A stretch of DNA of 63,999 nt, the filler included, from Octopus bimaculoides (lineage: Eukaryota): the NCBI RefSeq assembly GCF_001194135.2. It is 3 parts of 2 records of this genome, joined end to end, with 100 filler letters (N's around TTAATTAATTAA, not from the genome) between each part and the next. Parts side by side here need not be neighbours in the genome. Positions count along the whole stretch, not along the records: positions 31,263 to 62,695 come from NC_068982.1; 2 more parts are not named here. One strand, written 5' to 3'. The notes beneath the pieces are model-generated. The model was given only the letters and a program-made list of their open reading frames with translations, had not been told where the DNA came from and did no database searches. Positions 47,319 through 60,555 of this stretch are shown here, in pieces. The position numbers and the translations under genes are program-made. The first letter of the stretch is position 1. Every line of letters starts with the position of its first letter.

Positions 47319-49689
47319 ATCTTCATTAACGTAATGATATTAATCCCAATAATTTCTATAATCTAACGAATGCTTACTTTCACTTTTGCGATGGTTTAAT
47401 TTCTTTGAAGATGCACTTATGGATCTTTTTTAAAACGGGGGCCACATTTTTCATTAATGTTTTACGTAGTGTTTTTGGTACGGAAAGACTTTCAAACTTC
47501 GTATACTTATCTATTTTGTGTTATAGAACAGAAAAATATTTTTGTATTCGAATTTATTTCATGTAAAAAATTGTCTTATTTCGATAATTTCAACCAATCA
47601 CTGACAAGTATTCAGTTATTTACATTTACTCCTTTGGCTCATTAAGCGATGTAAACCGTATTTAATCTCTATACCTTCGTTTTATTTGCTTTTTTCATTT
47701 TAAATTTGCTTTATTTGCTTTTTTCATTTTAAATTTGCTTTAACCCTAAAAACATCAACACTGCACATGCTATTCTCCTCTGAAAGCCTGAGGTCCTTTG
47801 CTTTAATAAGAATATTCTAAAAATATTTTAAATAATGTTTCTAATTTAAGACTACTTGAAAGTATTTATATCTTATCAGAATATTCAACGACTGAGGTTC
47901 CATGCGATCTTCTAATTCCTGCCTCTTAGCACCAGTCATGTGATACTTTTAGTTAGTGGTGAAACGAATATGTGACTCTAGAGCTTAACTAATTACTACA
48001 ATAAGTCTTTCAAAAACTTCACTGGTGGGTGGCGGGTACTTTTAACTCAAAATTGTTGATTATTTTGAGTTTTCCTGACAAGATTACTCGTAAATCAGAG
48101 AACAGACACCTAAGCTATTATCAGTTTAACTTCTTTAAGCTTTCACTACAATAAGATCTATAATATCGTAGCAAAATATCTGCCTGTCATTTTCTTCTAC
48201 ATTTTTAGTGTAAATTCTTTATCAAAAACATTCATAATTAATACAGAATTTAATTAACTGTTGACATAATTAGAACAATCTAATAAAGTTGCGTTGTAAG
48301 CTATAATAGTTGTTTTGGGTTTTTTCTTAAACTTCTTTATATTATTTTAGAATGTTTTTTTTTCTTTAAATCTAATGTAAGTTTGGTAACTTTTCGTGCA
48401 TGCATTAACCTCCCTCAAAAACTCCTTCCGTTTTCCGCGGTTTCAAATGACTTGTGTAATAATATCTACAAGGTTTTGATCCATTTCTCAGGGACATCTA
48501 TTATTATTATTGTGGGAATAATTATGCGCAAAAATTCACACGTTTACCAACACGTATACATTATATGTGGATGTGGGTGACAAACAGATAGAGAATACCA
48601 GTATTTTTACAATATAAAGAAACAACCCATAAACATATTTTTGTTAGCTAAGATAAAGACCTGTGCCATAATATTCGCAGACCAACCCAGTCAGGTAAAG
48701 TTGATAGACTTTATGTTCAGTTTGAAATTCTGCAGATCATTCTGAAGGATTGTAGTTTCATGGAGAAATTGTGAAGTTCGAGTTTCGGGGTGGCATACAG
48801 CGTTTTTCTCTTTATTATTTAGTCATGGAAGTGAAGGGTATTCCTTCGACTCCTTCCTTTTCAGATTCTGACATTGGTTAGAGGAAGAGCAGAAATTATC
48901 GTCAAACAAGGGACTTAGTCCGAATACATGCAACAGGGTGAATTCTGAACAAGATACCCACGAACAAATTATAGTCTTAAAGAAGAGAAAACAGGTTGGA
49001 TGATCACACTACGGACGCCGTTGATGATTGCTCTGCTTAATCAAGGTTGTTTTGAGGCTTAAACAAGAACAATTCGGGACATTTCTGGTTCATTGACCTG
49101 CATTAACGAAAGTGTATTCTAACCGAAAGGTGTCAATAACCCAGAAAAACCACGTCTTACATAATCTCAGGAAGGACTACATTTAATTGTGCACCTTTCT
49201 TTATTCCGTAAGTAAAAGTTGTGTTCTGGGAAAGTAGCCATTTAATATTTTGGTGGTATTCAGCTAAAAGTACAGAAGCCATTTTAGATAGAAAAAATAT
49301 TGTGAACCAGCTGATTAGTTGTGACTTGTTAAATAACAGTTGCCCACCGGCCGGATGGCTTTTTTGTGTATACCATCCCCTAATGCATGTGTGAGGGTAC
49401 GTGTGTATTTTTGGCAGCTTCATCATTCCATATTACTAAGCATTATTATAGCGTGCATAGTGGATATGTGTTAGAGATGATCAAGTATAAAGTATTTAAT
49501 GGATCGTTGGAATGTACTTTTCGCAATGATTAAGTTTTGACTCAAAAAATACATTAAAATTTGTAAGAGCACATAGATACACGCACAGGCATATATGTAT
49601 AAATGTGAGGGAGGGAGAAAGAGGTCGAAAGATTTCTATGTGTAGTATGTGTATAATGTAATATATATACATTTGTGTGTGTGTGTATG

Positions 49690-49806
49690 TGTGTATATAT
49701 ATAGTTGTGTGTGTGTATATATATATAGTTCTGTGTGTGTATATATATAGTTGTGTGTGTATATATATAGTTCTGTGTGTGTGTATATATATAGTTCTGT
49801 GTGTGT
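49690..49806. repeat. compound minisatellite, unit about atatatatagtt(c)tgtgtgtgt
   Basis: About 5 copies with variable TA/TG counts. Confidence 0.8.
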
Positions 49807-52379
49807 AATGTATGTGTATGATGCAGTATATAAGTACATCCATATACGTGTTTATATGCGCGTGTTTGTGTGTTAGCGTGCGTTTATGTAGTGTATCTGT
49901 GTTTGTGTGCTAGAGATTCTTGGACGCAATTTAAGAGAAGTTTTTAAAATTCTATACCATTAATGTTCTAGCAATACCAAAACAATTTTAATTGACAGTA
50001 TATATGCATTACATAAATGAAACTTAAACCACAATTTTCATTCATATCATTGCGACAGAAAATAGATTTCAAAATTCATTAAGGTGATGCTCTAATTACC
50101 ACTGCTGCATTGGTTTAAAGAAAGCGCAAAATATAAATTTAAAAAAGCAGCTTACGCCTAAATACTTTACATCAGTTTTTGTTATTTCGAATGAACATTT
50201 ATTCTTCAAACAGCAATCTCGTCATTGACAAGTTCTTGAAACGGGAGACTGGAATATCAAATTATTTACTTAGATATCAAACCAGTTTTCTAGAACACCA
50301 ACTGAGACATACAGAATTTTAGGGAAAAGTCCAACGAGTTATGCAATGAAACGAAGTATCAATTTAGACGGAAATACTGAGTATTCCTGGCATGGAATTG
50401 GGAAGACTATAGCTTTAATGAGTACTCAATACGTGGTAGATATTCATTTGTTAGCGTAAGGTCCTATTTAGTGCTCAGTTCTTTTCAGCAGACCCAGTGA
50501 TAATGGCTTGACTTACGTCAATATGAGCAAATAACTTATGGGGATTCTGTATACATGTACAGAATACATTTGGTAAGTGAATGTAACCGGAGCTACATAT
50601 TATAGCTAGTGTGTGCTTATATGTATATTTAATCAACATATTTGACTACTTTGAGTAGTGAGTTTTTCCACTAGTAAATGCCTTGTAGTTTTTCTTAATT
50701 TTGCTTTAAAATGATAACCTCAAGTAAACGTCTGTGTGTGTGTATGCGCGCTCGTGTGTTTCACTCAAGACTAGTAGAAGACACTCGCCTAAGATTCTAC
50801 ACAGCGTTGCCAAATTCGAAACTACGTGATTGTGGAGCGAAATTTTTAACCTCACAACCATGTTCCTGCATTGAAAGTTATATTATATTAATTTCCAGAG
50901 TACAACATATTGGATTTTTGCCAATGAAAGAAATACATATTTTACTATTCCAATTATAGATCTCGATTAGGTTATCTTTAAATGTCATCTATTTTCAGTA
51001 TCGATATTTTAATCAATAATAATGTAACGCATTCGTTTTTAGCGACTTTAACTCTTCACCTGAACAAAATGGTCTTTTGCCTTGAAAAAGAATTCATATT
51101 TTAATGTGTCTGTTACGACAGAAATTTCTTTGCAGTTATTTACATGCCTCTAGTTTGTTTCCCATATTTCTGCCTTCAGTTTTCGTATCAATTATTGCTT
51201 CAGAAAACTATATTTCTATTAATCACGTAGGAAAGGTTATATATAATTCATACTTGGACTTCGTTTTTTTTTTTTTATATACTCTCTTCACCTCGATGCA
51301 ATAAAATATATAAATGGTCGCATAAATTTTAGATATTACTTTGGAGTTACTTTTCTAGAACTGTCTGCAACAATTCTCGGTAAACTAATTTTACCAAATT
51401 TCAGACTGACGACCGATACATCACGTAATCAATCAATGAGTCTGCAACCAATGAACCAAAAATTGTTTTGCCCATTCAAACCGATAATCGAACATACACC
51501 CGAGCACGAGAAGCGATTCACCATAAGGTATCAATAAATACACATACACGCAAGTACAAACACGGCTCGTTTCTCAGGGCAGATAGATAGCTTGAGTGGG
51601 ACAAGAGATTAACAGATTGAATGATAGACAGAAAGTAACACGGTTGGATTTGCAATCAGATGGCTTGACTATGAATTGGACTGATACTTATTTTATAGGA
51701 AAAATAGATTGATAGATGTGTCTAAACGTATGTTTGCATTCAAGTCTGTGCATCCATGTGTGTGTGTGCGTATTTGCTGTATGTATGTATTTATGTCTGA
51801 TCGGTGAACTCAGCAGAGCCAACGGCCATCTAACAGGTGGAAGTGAGAGACTATTAGTCAGTTTAGACATCTCTGTAAGAGAAATTCCGAAATAGCACCC
51901 ATCTCATTGTGAAGCTGGAGATCTTGCTTTTGCTTGTTTCTGCATTGGCTGAGCGAAATTGTGCAAGCTGTTATTGACTCTGAATTTCATCATGGGCATT
52001 GCTGACAGTCAGTGTCTTTAATATGTAGGCTAATTTGTCAGTGATTCTCATACCCGTTAACGATTTGACAGCCACCATGTGTATGCATGCATGTGTGTAT
52101 GTATATATCGTGTGCTCGCGCGAATGTATGCATTTATTCTTCCTCTCTATATATGCATGTGTGTACCAGTATTTTTATGTTTCTAATTATTGATGACCTT
52201 AATGACATGTAAGTCCACCTTCACTTCCAGGCTAAAGAAAAAAACCCTCCCTATAGTTACCAGTATCCCTATTACAATCGCTATAACTATTATCTTCGCT
52301 AAAACCACATCTGTCTTCTCCACTAACAACTTACAGCCATAAACACCTATTCTCATTACCACCATTAACATGGCACCCA

Positions 52380-52725
52380 ACTACATTATCTACAGCGACA
52401 CCTCCACTATCATCATCATCATCATTGCTATCATCGCCATGAATATCAGCACCACAAATTTCTGTCACCACCATCGTCGTCATCATCATGCCTATTAAGT
52501 GTTAACATTCTCAAAGTCGCTGCTGCCACCATTATCATAACCATTACTATCAACACCACCATTACCACTTTCATCATTACCACCATTAACTTTATCATCA
52601 TTATTATCGCTACCACTACCATCATCATCAACATCTTACCACTCTTTTGCACTTTAACACCACCACCGTTTACACCACCATCACCTCTACATACAATCAC
52701 TACGGAAACCAGCATTTCACCACAT
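52380..52725. repeat. degenerate (CAT/CAC)n low-complexity tract
   Basis: Directly visible. Confidence 0.85.
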
Positions 52726-53117
52726 AATACGTTGCAGCAATCGTCTGTCTATATATTTACCCATTTACCTGCAGTCTGTCTACCCTTCTCTCTCTCTTTC
52801 TCCCTCTCTCTCTATCTATCTATATGTCTATCTATCTATCTAACTAACTATACATACATACATATCGTTACTATTATGTTAAACTGTCGCATGTTCGAAT
52901 TTGGCCAAATGCGGTTTTTTTTTCCCCCAACATTTATTTTTGCTTCCAGTAGCCGGTTCTGTTGGTCAAACTGTCGTATTTCCAGCTGCTCCAGATGCCA
53001 AGATATCAAAAATTCTCAAAGTGTAGCACAACGGTTTTGCTACGGAATGGTAAAACTATTTTATAGTTTTCTGAAGAAGCAACGTTTTCGACTTACGACA
53101 TTTTTGCATAATAGCAA

Positions 53118-53154
<37 letters not shown>

Positions 53155-53157
<3 letters not shown>

Positions 53158-53382
53158 CTTTATTGTCCGCAAGGGGCTAAACATAGGGGGGAGAAACAAG
53201 GACAGACAAAGAGATTAAGTCGATTACATTGACACCAGTGCGTAACTGGTACTTATTTAATCGACCGCGAAATGATGAAAGGCAAAGTCGAGCTCGGCGG
53301 AATTTGAACTCAGAATGTAACGGCAGACGAAATACCACTAGGCATTTCGCCCGGTGTTCTAACGATTCTTCTAGCTCGCCTT
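53155..53382 (-). mobile_element. tailed SINE-B whose tail abuts a (TA)n run
   Basis: Revcomp ...tgtttagccccttgcggacaataaagaat|tatatata. Confidence 0.85.
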
Positions 53383-53409
53383 AGTTACACACACACACAC
53401 ACATGCATA

Positions 53410-53609
53410 CATACATATTTTGCAATGACACCCCGGTGTCACGCCATTTCCGCTCTATCGGTCACTCCTTGCAGGAACACCTGTCCGTGTTTGGAATGTC
53501 CTTGCACAGGGGCCATCCGGACTCCCATTTGCGCCGTGAACAGGGATTAATCTTCTCTCTTCGCTCCTTTGCGCCACATGGGCTCAACTCTCCTCCCCTC
53601 TTCATTTAA
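53410..53609 (+). mobile_element. Penelope-like element GIY-YIG endonuclease C-terminal fragment
   Basis: DTPVSRHFRSIGHSL..LSVFGMSL..HLRREQGLIFSLRSFAPHGLN matches the PLE consensus PVAxHF..GHS..RE..xI..L....PxGLN. Confidence 0.8.
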
Positions 53610-53617
53610 CCCCTTCC

Positions 53618-53722
53618 CCTTGCAACGTGAAAGAACACAACTCGTCGCCCGGTCCAGGAATCGAAACCACAATCTCACGATCATGATGCTGACACCCTAA
53701 TCACTGAACCACGCGCCTCCAC
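53618..53722 (-). mobile_element. SINE family E head
   Basis: Revcomp gtggaggcgcgtggttcagtgattagggtgtcagcatcatgatcgtgagattgtggtttcgattcctggacc. Confidence 0.75.
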
Positions 53723-53811
53723 ACACACTCACAGATATATACGTGTGTATATATATAATAAGGGCATTACTATACAATAATGACTCACGCTATGAGGGAC
53801 TCTCAGGTCAG

Positions 53812-54566
53812 ATTACCATAAAAAATACATTTTTACCGAACGCGAGGAAATGCAACTCTCAAAGCAGACTAAATTATACATCATGATTTTGTAGTTATTG
53901 TAGTATTATACAACCTCTACTCGTCAGTATAATATGGTGAAGATAAATAGAAGTAGACAGAAATTCAACATACCAAACGAGTACTGCGTATCCACCATAG
54001 TACACAGAAGACTGTCCATCGCTATTTGCCTATGTAAGTGGCCGGAATTTCGAATTGCATCTCGGTACCTGTGTTTTTTTCGCAGAATAAATTCAGCATT
54101 GAATATATTCTGGTTATATATTTAAATTCAATAATAAGATGAATTTTTCCACAAGAATTTATCAAGTAGCTAGAGTGAAAAAAGCCTCATAAGGCTTGTA
54201 AAAGAATTCATCCTATTATTGAATTTAATTGAACTTAAATATATAACCAGAATATAGTCAATGCTGAATTTATTCTGAGAAGAAAAAAACACAGGTACCG
54301 AGATGCAATTCGAAATTCCCGCCACTTACATAGGTAAATAGCGATGGACAGTCTTCTGTGTACTATGGTGGATAGGCAGTACTCGTTTGGTATGTTGAAT
54401 TTCTGTCTACTTCTATTTATCTTCACCATATTATACTGACGAGTAGAGGTTGTATAATACGACAATAACTACGGAATCATGATGTATAATTTAGTCTGTT
54501 TTTAAGGGGCTAGCTCTGAGAGTTGCATTTCCTCGCGTTCGGTAAAAATGTGTTTTTTATGGTAGT
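53812..54566. repeat. long inverted repeat (foldback-type element)
   Basis: Arms 53812-54155 and 54195-54566 are near-identical reverse complements with a 39-bp spacer. The right arm runs into a gap. Confidence 0.92.
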
Positions 54567-54675
54567 NNNNNNNNNNNNNNNNNNNNNNNNNNNNNNNNNN
54601 NNNNNNNNNNNNNNNNNNNNNNNNNNNNNNNNNNNNNNNNNNNNNNNNNNNNNNNNNNNNNNNNNNTATATATAG

Positions 54676-54712
<37 letters not shown>

Positions 54713-55899
54713 TATACATATATAAAATGTTATATACATGCGCATACATTGTCAACTCCGCACATATATTAAAAGAAGCTAATCCACACATATTCGACTA
54801 CACATATATTTATATTCTATAAAACAGCACTTTACTTGTTATTGGATGAAATTTAAAGAATAACGTTAAATTGCATTTGTTTATTTTAGCAAAATGCTTT
54901 AGGTTTCCTCTCTAAAGAAACATCATGGAGTGTTAGCTTGTTATCTTGTTTTTAAAATTAGCAGATTGAAACGTGATTTTGAAAACACCGAGAGTTTTAT
55001 GAAGTCCTCCCCCGCCCTGCATAATGTGTCTTTATTTCCATTTAACATTAAACACTTCATCTTCATAACTGTGAAGAACATAACTTCGCGACGTTCTTAG
55101 AACGACTTGTATCGCGTCCACGTAAAAGTACAGGCTGCACAAAATCATAATGATTTTAGTGTGAGCGGTATCTGCTCGCGCGCGTTCGTGTGTGTGTGTG
55201 TTGAGGAGGAGATTCCATTAAGTGTGGGGCCGCCAAGTAATACAGCATGATTTTAAGTAACATAGTATTCAATCCTTAATAAGCGATTAAGTGAAAACAC
55301 TGCCTTGTAAATTTACCCAACGTCAGCAATTGTTTTATATTTATTTTAGTAAAAAAAATGCAACAAGGATGCACATACTGAACCATATACGTACACATGC
55401 ATACCTACTGATCAACATACATACATTCATACATAACACGGGATCAAATTCCGTCACATCAGCATATGGGAACTATTCATGTTTCGTGTAATGAATACGA
55501 TCCCCTAAATCTTTTGTCATTTAATACAAGCTTCGTAAAGAAAAAAATAATAATAGTTATCTTCGGATAAATGCAAAGAAGCGCCTTGTTAGAGATAATC
55601 ATAGCAATAAGCAAGCTGTGAAACCGACTTGAAATTTAACACGTGGATTTCAACTACATTACACTAAGGCAATGTATGAAAGTAGACTTAGCATAATAGG
55701 TTGTGGAATTATCTAGAGAATTCCAGGAGACTTTCGAGTTGAATCAGCATCTGTCTACGAAAAGGGTAAGGAAAATACCTCCATAGAGAGCTAGTAGAGT
55801 TTAAATATCACAGATACTCGGGTTGCAGGGCGAAACGGTTACGCCAGTAAACCTCATTCTTTGACGGATAATATGATGCACTTTCTAGTATAATCAACC

Positions 55900-57060
55900 T
55901 TGAAAACTGCACGGAAAATGAATGTGAACAGACCAGGATTTTCTGCCTACCACCCGCCAAAATGGAAAGAATATTGTCTAGAGTCATTTAGAGTAGAATC
56001 TGAAGTGTACATAGACAGCAAAATCGCAATGCAATGAGGTTAAATGAGCTACTTCCTATTCAATGAAGTCTATATTCCATAATGCATTTGCAGTGTTAGT
56101 ACCAATATTTTGGATGCCAGAATGGACACGTGAGATCTACAATTTGAATATCACAATTAGTAAAATACTAGCCACCACTAGTAACTTCCGCATCAACAGT
56201 GATATTGACAGAACCTGCATCAAACATACTGATTGAGACAGACAAAAAAGATCGACCCAAACGATCTTTGAGTGCCGCATCGCATCACTCAAGCAACTGC
56301 GACTAAACAGAAAAGGAAGAAATGCGTTCATCATATCTTTGCTCAACATCGAAAATACGAGTATGTGAATATACGAGTATGTGAATATACGAGTATGTAA
56401 ATAGCACTTAAATAAGTACTCTGAGTGTATAGATGCCCCATCTTAAACAAGCTGAGGTATCTTTGAATGGAATAACCTACTTAGACAAGATCTTCATGGA
56501 AAAATATCATTTCAGTAGAAACTTATTCATGGATACTTATCCAATAAGCTAAAAGTGATCGACAACATTAACATGGAGAATAGCCTGATAGACATATCCT
56601 AACTAGAAGGATGCATCTTTGCTGTCCAGAAATAGGAGAAATCTAGATACCCGATAAATAAGAGGTAAGGAAGTCTCCAAACCACCATCTGGTGATAGAA
56701 AATGTCAATTGTACTATACCAAACTCGAAGATATCGTCCACACCATCAGCAGTTCTAAATTGTTCACAAGGCACTACATTTTCATTGTTACTAAAACCAT
56801 TTATGATATCATCCACATTAAGGGTTGTTTTGAAAGTCATACAAAAGGCACAAAAGTACCAGAATGTATCCACGCTTTTAAAAATAAGGAATTCTTGCGG
56901 AGCCCAACAAAAATAGCAACCCGATGCAAACACTATGAACAATATGCTTGATATTGTTCTATGGGACAGGAGACAACAACCATGTAATATCGTAGAAGTC
57001 AGGTGGGGAAAACGATAACATCTGTGGTAAATTAAAGTGTAACTAATAGATTTTGTATCT
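55900..57060 (+). mobile_element. R4/Dong-like (RLE-type) non-LTR retrotransposon 3' remnant
   Basis: EWTREIYNLNITISKILATTSNFRINSDIDR; KLIHGYL; EGCIFAVQ; decayed CCHC (..YTKLEDIVHTISSSKL); KIATRCKH followed by a decayed PD region. Confidence 0.6.
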
Positions 57061-57386
57061 GAGCCCTAGGTTTTCTTTTCTGCTTCATATTAAAGGTGCA
57101 ATAGATGTAACAACAGATTTTGCATAAAAGCCTCAAAATGGTTGGGTTCTCTAAGGAAGAAGAGAGGAAGCTGATTTGCATCTTCCAAATACATTTGATA
57201 GAAAGGGGATTTGTAAAACATTCCAAGAATTATTCATTGCGGTTCCCTGCAGCGAACATGAGCACACAATCGCATGTGAATATGGCATACACACAAATAC
57301 ACAGACTTAAAGATTACTTAAACAAACTTACGTACTAAACAGAAATAAACATCATCATATGAGTGCAAATATATTGGCACATAGGC

Positions 57387-57436
<50 letters not shown>

Positions 57437-57689
57437 NNNNNNNNNNNNNNNNNNNNNNNNNNNNNNNNNNNNNNNNNNNNNNNNNNNNNNNNNNNNNNNN
57501 NNNNNNNNNNNNNNNNNNNNNNNNNNNNNNNNNNNNNNNNNNNNNNNNNNNNNNNNNNNNNNNNNNNNNNNNNNNNNNNNNNNNNNNNNNNNNNNNNNNN
57601 NNNNNNNNNNNNNNNNNNNNNNNNNNNNNNNNNNNNNNNNNNNNNNNNNNTATATATATATATATATATATATATATTGAAGGAGGGAC

Positions 57690-58700
57690 TGTAGCTATGC
57701 ATCGAGAATCAAGGTGTTGCGTCGAAATACATGAATCTCCTTAGGGAGGCGAATTCGAGATGCACTATCGACGTGGCCTTGTTATCATCACCCATTCGTG
57801 TCTCGGTCGAGAAGTAAGTCAAACAAGGGGATACCAACTCTCGGAAGCTCTTCATGACATGTCTCAAAATGGTAATCGGAAACATCGACTGGGACGGCGG
57901 TGTATAAAATCAACGGCGAATGACTCACCCACCTTCGGTTCGTAGAAGACATTACGTTCATCGCAGAAACTACCATGCGTTTACAGACCATACTGGATGA
58001 GCTGAACACCAAAAGATCAGAGGTTGACTTGCGGATCAATCGTACGAAAACAAAGAACATGCATCCTGAAGACGTGATACCCGGTCAGGTTGTGGTTGGA
58101 GGCGATGAAATCGAGGAGGTCGAAAGTTATGTGTATCTCGGACATTGAATGCGACATGAACAATGAGATTTCGCGGAGAACAAGATCAGGCTGGAGAGCG
58201 TTCAACTCGGCGAAGGATGTGCTGAATGCGAACCTCAACAAAGTTACTCGTGAAAACCTCTTTAACAGTATAATTCCACCTGCAATATTCTATGCAAGTG
58301 AAACGTGACGACAACGAAGAGGGAGGAAGGGCGGTTAATAATATCATAAAGAACTATGGAAAAGTGGATACTAAGAATCTCATTGAGAGGTCACATCCAA
58401 AACGAGCAGATCAGGGAAAGAACCGGCGTGAATGACGTTATCGCCGAATACCGTCTGAAAAAACTCAGATGGGCCGGACAAGTCGTACGATGCGCCAATA
58501 ATCGGTGAACCTATTAAGTTGTCGAGCGGTAGCCACGTGAGCGGAAACGGCCACTCGAAAGATCTATTCTTAGATACACTGACGATATAAAGAGAATAAT
58601 GTGACCGAAATAAAGGAGGAGGGCGATATCCAGAACGGAATGGATGAAATGTTGTGTGCAGCGCATACAAAGCGACATCCGACAGTGTGACCGGTCAAAG
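57690..58700 (+). mobile_element. RTE-1-like LINE RT fragment to 3' end
   Basis: VKQGDTNSRKLF; HLRFVEDI (YADD-equivalent); INRTKTK; EISRRTRSGWRAFNS; LFNSIIPPAIFYASET. Confidence 0.85.
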
Positions 58701-60089
58701 TGACCCCCAAGATGATGTAGTAAGTGAAGGCACGTGACTTACTGGTTAGGGTATTCGGCTCATTATTTCCATTCAGCTGGCAAATATGAGTTGTACCTGT
58801 AATTTAAAGGGCTAGACTTGTCACATTCTATGAGAATTCCGTTATGGGTGTGCGTGTCTGTAGGCTGTTTCGTTGATTGAATCAACTAGAACGTTTGCTG
58901 TCATAACCGACAGGGAGCCAGACCTATATATAGTGCACAAACAGACACACACCAACTTCCCCGAACACATTTAAAAAACTGCAACTTTTTTTAAACAAAA
59001 ATATAACTTGCCATTTTTTAATGTAATGACTAGTTTCAATTCCGTGAAGAATTTCAACACTTTCCTATCTATCTATCTGTGTGTGTGTGAAGCGTTTGCA
59101 TAAAATATGAGAAAGACATATGTGATTTTGTCACAGGATGTTAATGATGTTTGAAACATGACTTCGTTAACCCCATCATATGTTTTTACACTGATATAAT
59201 TTTTAATAATTTCGTTAGTCCAAAACAAATCGTGGGTAAGTGAATATATGATACATAAAAAAATTTGTGGAATCTTATTTAGAAAACGCTAATTGTATAT
59301 AGTACCTTAGTTCTTTGACAGTGTCAGCGATGTAATGACAAGATTCAAAGCTATTTACTTTACGTTGTTGTTCAAGTCTCTTGCCCAAATCACTTTCAAA
59401 CCAAAGTGGGGAAAGCAAATCAGATCTATCTTAGAAAAGAAAAGATTCATTAGAAAATGTAGTTCTGAACACGCTAATTATTTTACACTAGTTGGAATGA
59501 TCGCTGTTTCGAAGAATGTGGACCAAAGCTCTGCTGCCTCAATGCTGATCTGTGCTAAACAAGAACTACTGATATATAGTTGCTTCGAATGACAAAGCTA
59601 TTTTCGGCTTAATATAATAAACTTGTACAGAAAGATCTTCTTCGTTCAATTAGTATTTACATCTTAAATAAGTTGATGATGTGAGGCCTTCATTAAGATA
59701 GTCCTCTTGTTTCTGTATTCTTTTCATGTTTCTATCTCTTTTGCTGAAGTTTTTTTTTTTATTTTCGTCTTATTTATGTAAAAGTTCCTTCAATTTTAAT
59801 TTCTTTTTTTCGATGTTTATAAACATTATAGACCAATCCTTGTTGGGAAACATTTGGCATGTCACATATCTGAATCTTACAAGTGTTGATACCATTTAGA
59901 ACATTAGTTCCGGGATCTGTGATTGAAGGATATTTAGTTAGCCACTTTAATTCACTGGTGTTGCTAATGTCTTTGAGGAAGATATCAAGAGTGAATATCC
60001 CAGTTTTTTCCCATTTATAAAACGGTTACCAGCTTATGCGATGATCGTCATCATCAAAATCATCAGTGTCTTCCTATATTATTAATATT

Positions 60090-60555
60090 TGGCTGCGAAC
60101 TGGCAGAGTTGTTAATACGCCGGGCAAAATACTTTGCATTATTTCGGCAGTCATTACGTTCTGAGTTCAAATTCTGCCGAGGTTCGTTTTCCCTTTCGTT
60201 CTTTCAGAGTCGGCAACATAAGTACCAGTTGAGCACTGGGTCGATGTAATCGACTTTCTCTCTCTCCTGAACTTTCTGGCCTTGTGCTAAAATTTAAAAT
60301 CATTATTATTATGGATTGGTACTATGTTTCATCTATCTCGAACGATGAAAGGCATATTGGCCTCGACGGTAAAGAGTTGAACGTAAGAGCTGTAGTTGAA
60401 CAGTTAATTATGTTCTGAGTTCAAATTCTGCCGAGGTCAGCTTTTCCCTCCATCCTTACTGGATCAATAAAAAAATAAAGTAGTAATCAAGTACTGGGTC
60501 GACCATATAGTTTAAACCTCATCCCCTCAAAACTGCTAGCCTTGTGCCTAGATTA
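60090..60555 (+). mobile_element. two SINE-B copies in tandem
   Basis: gaactggcagagttgttaatacgccgggcaaaat...ctgagttcaaattctgccgagg occurs in both copies (the second copy has a truncated head). Confidence 0.75.

Noticed and set aside
52071-52079. Perfect vertebrate Kozak gccaccATG
   Set aside because: It leads straight into microsatellite-like sequence with no meaningful ORF; a chance match.
1812-57744. Many listed ORFs made of X, (YI)n, (CV)n, (HT)n or poly-S/L/V/N
   Set aside because: They are translations of N gaps and microsatellites, not genes.
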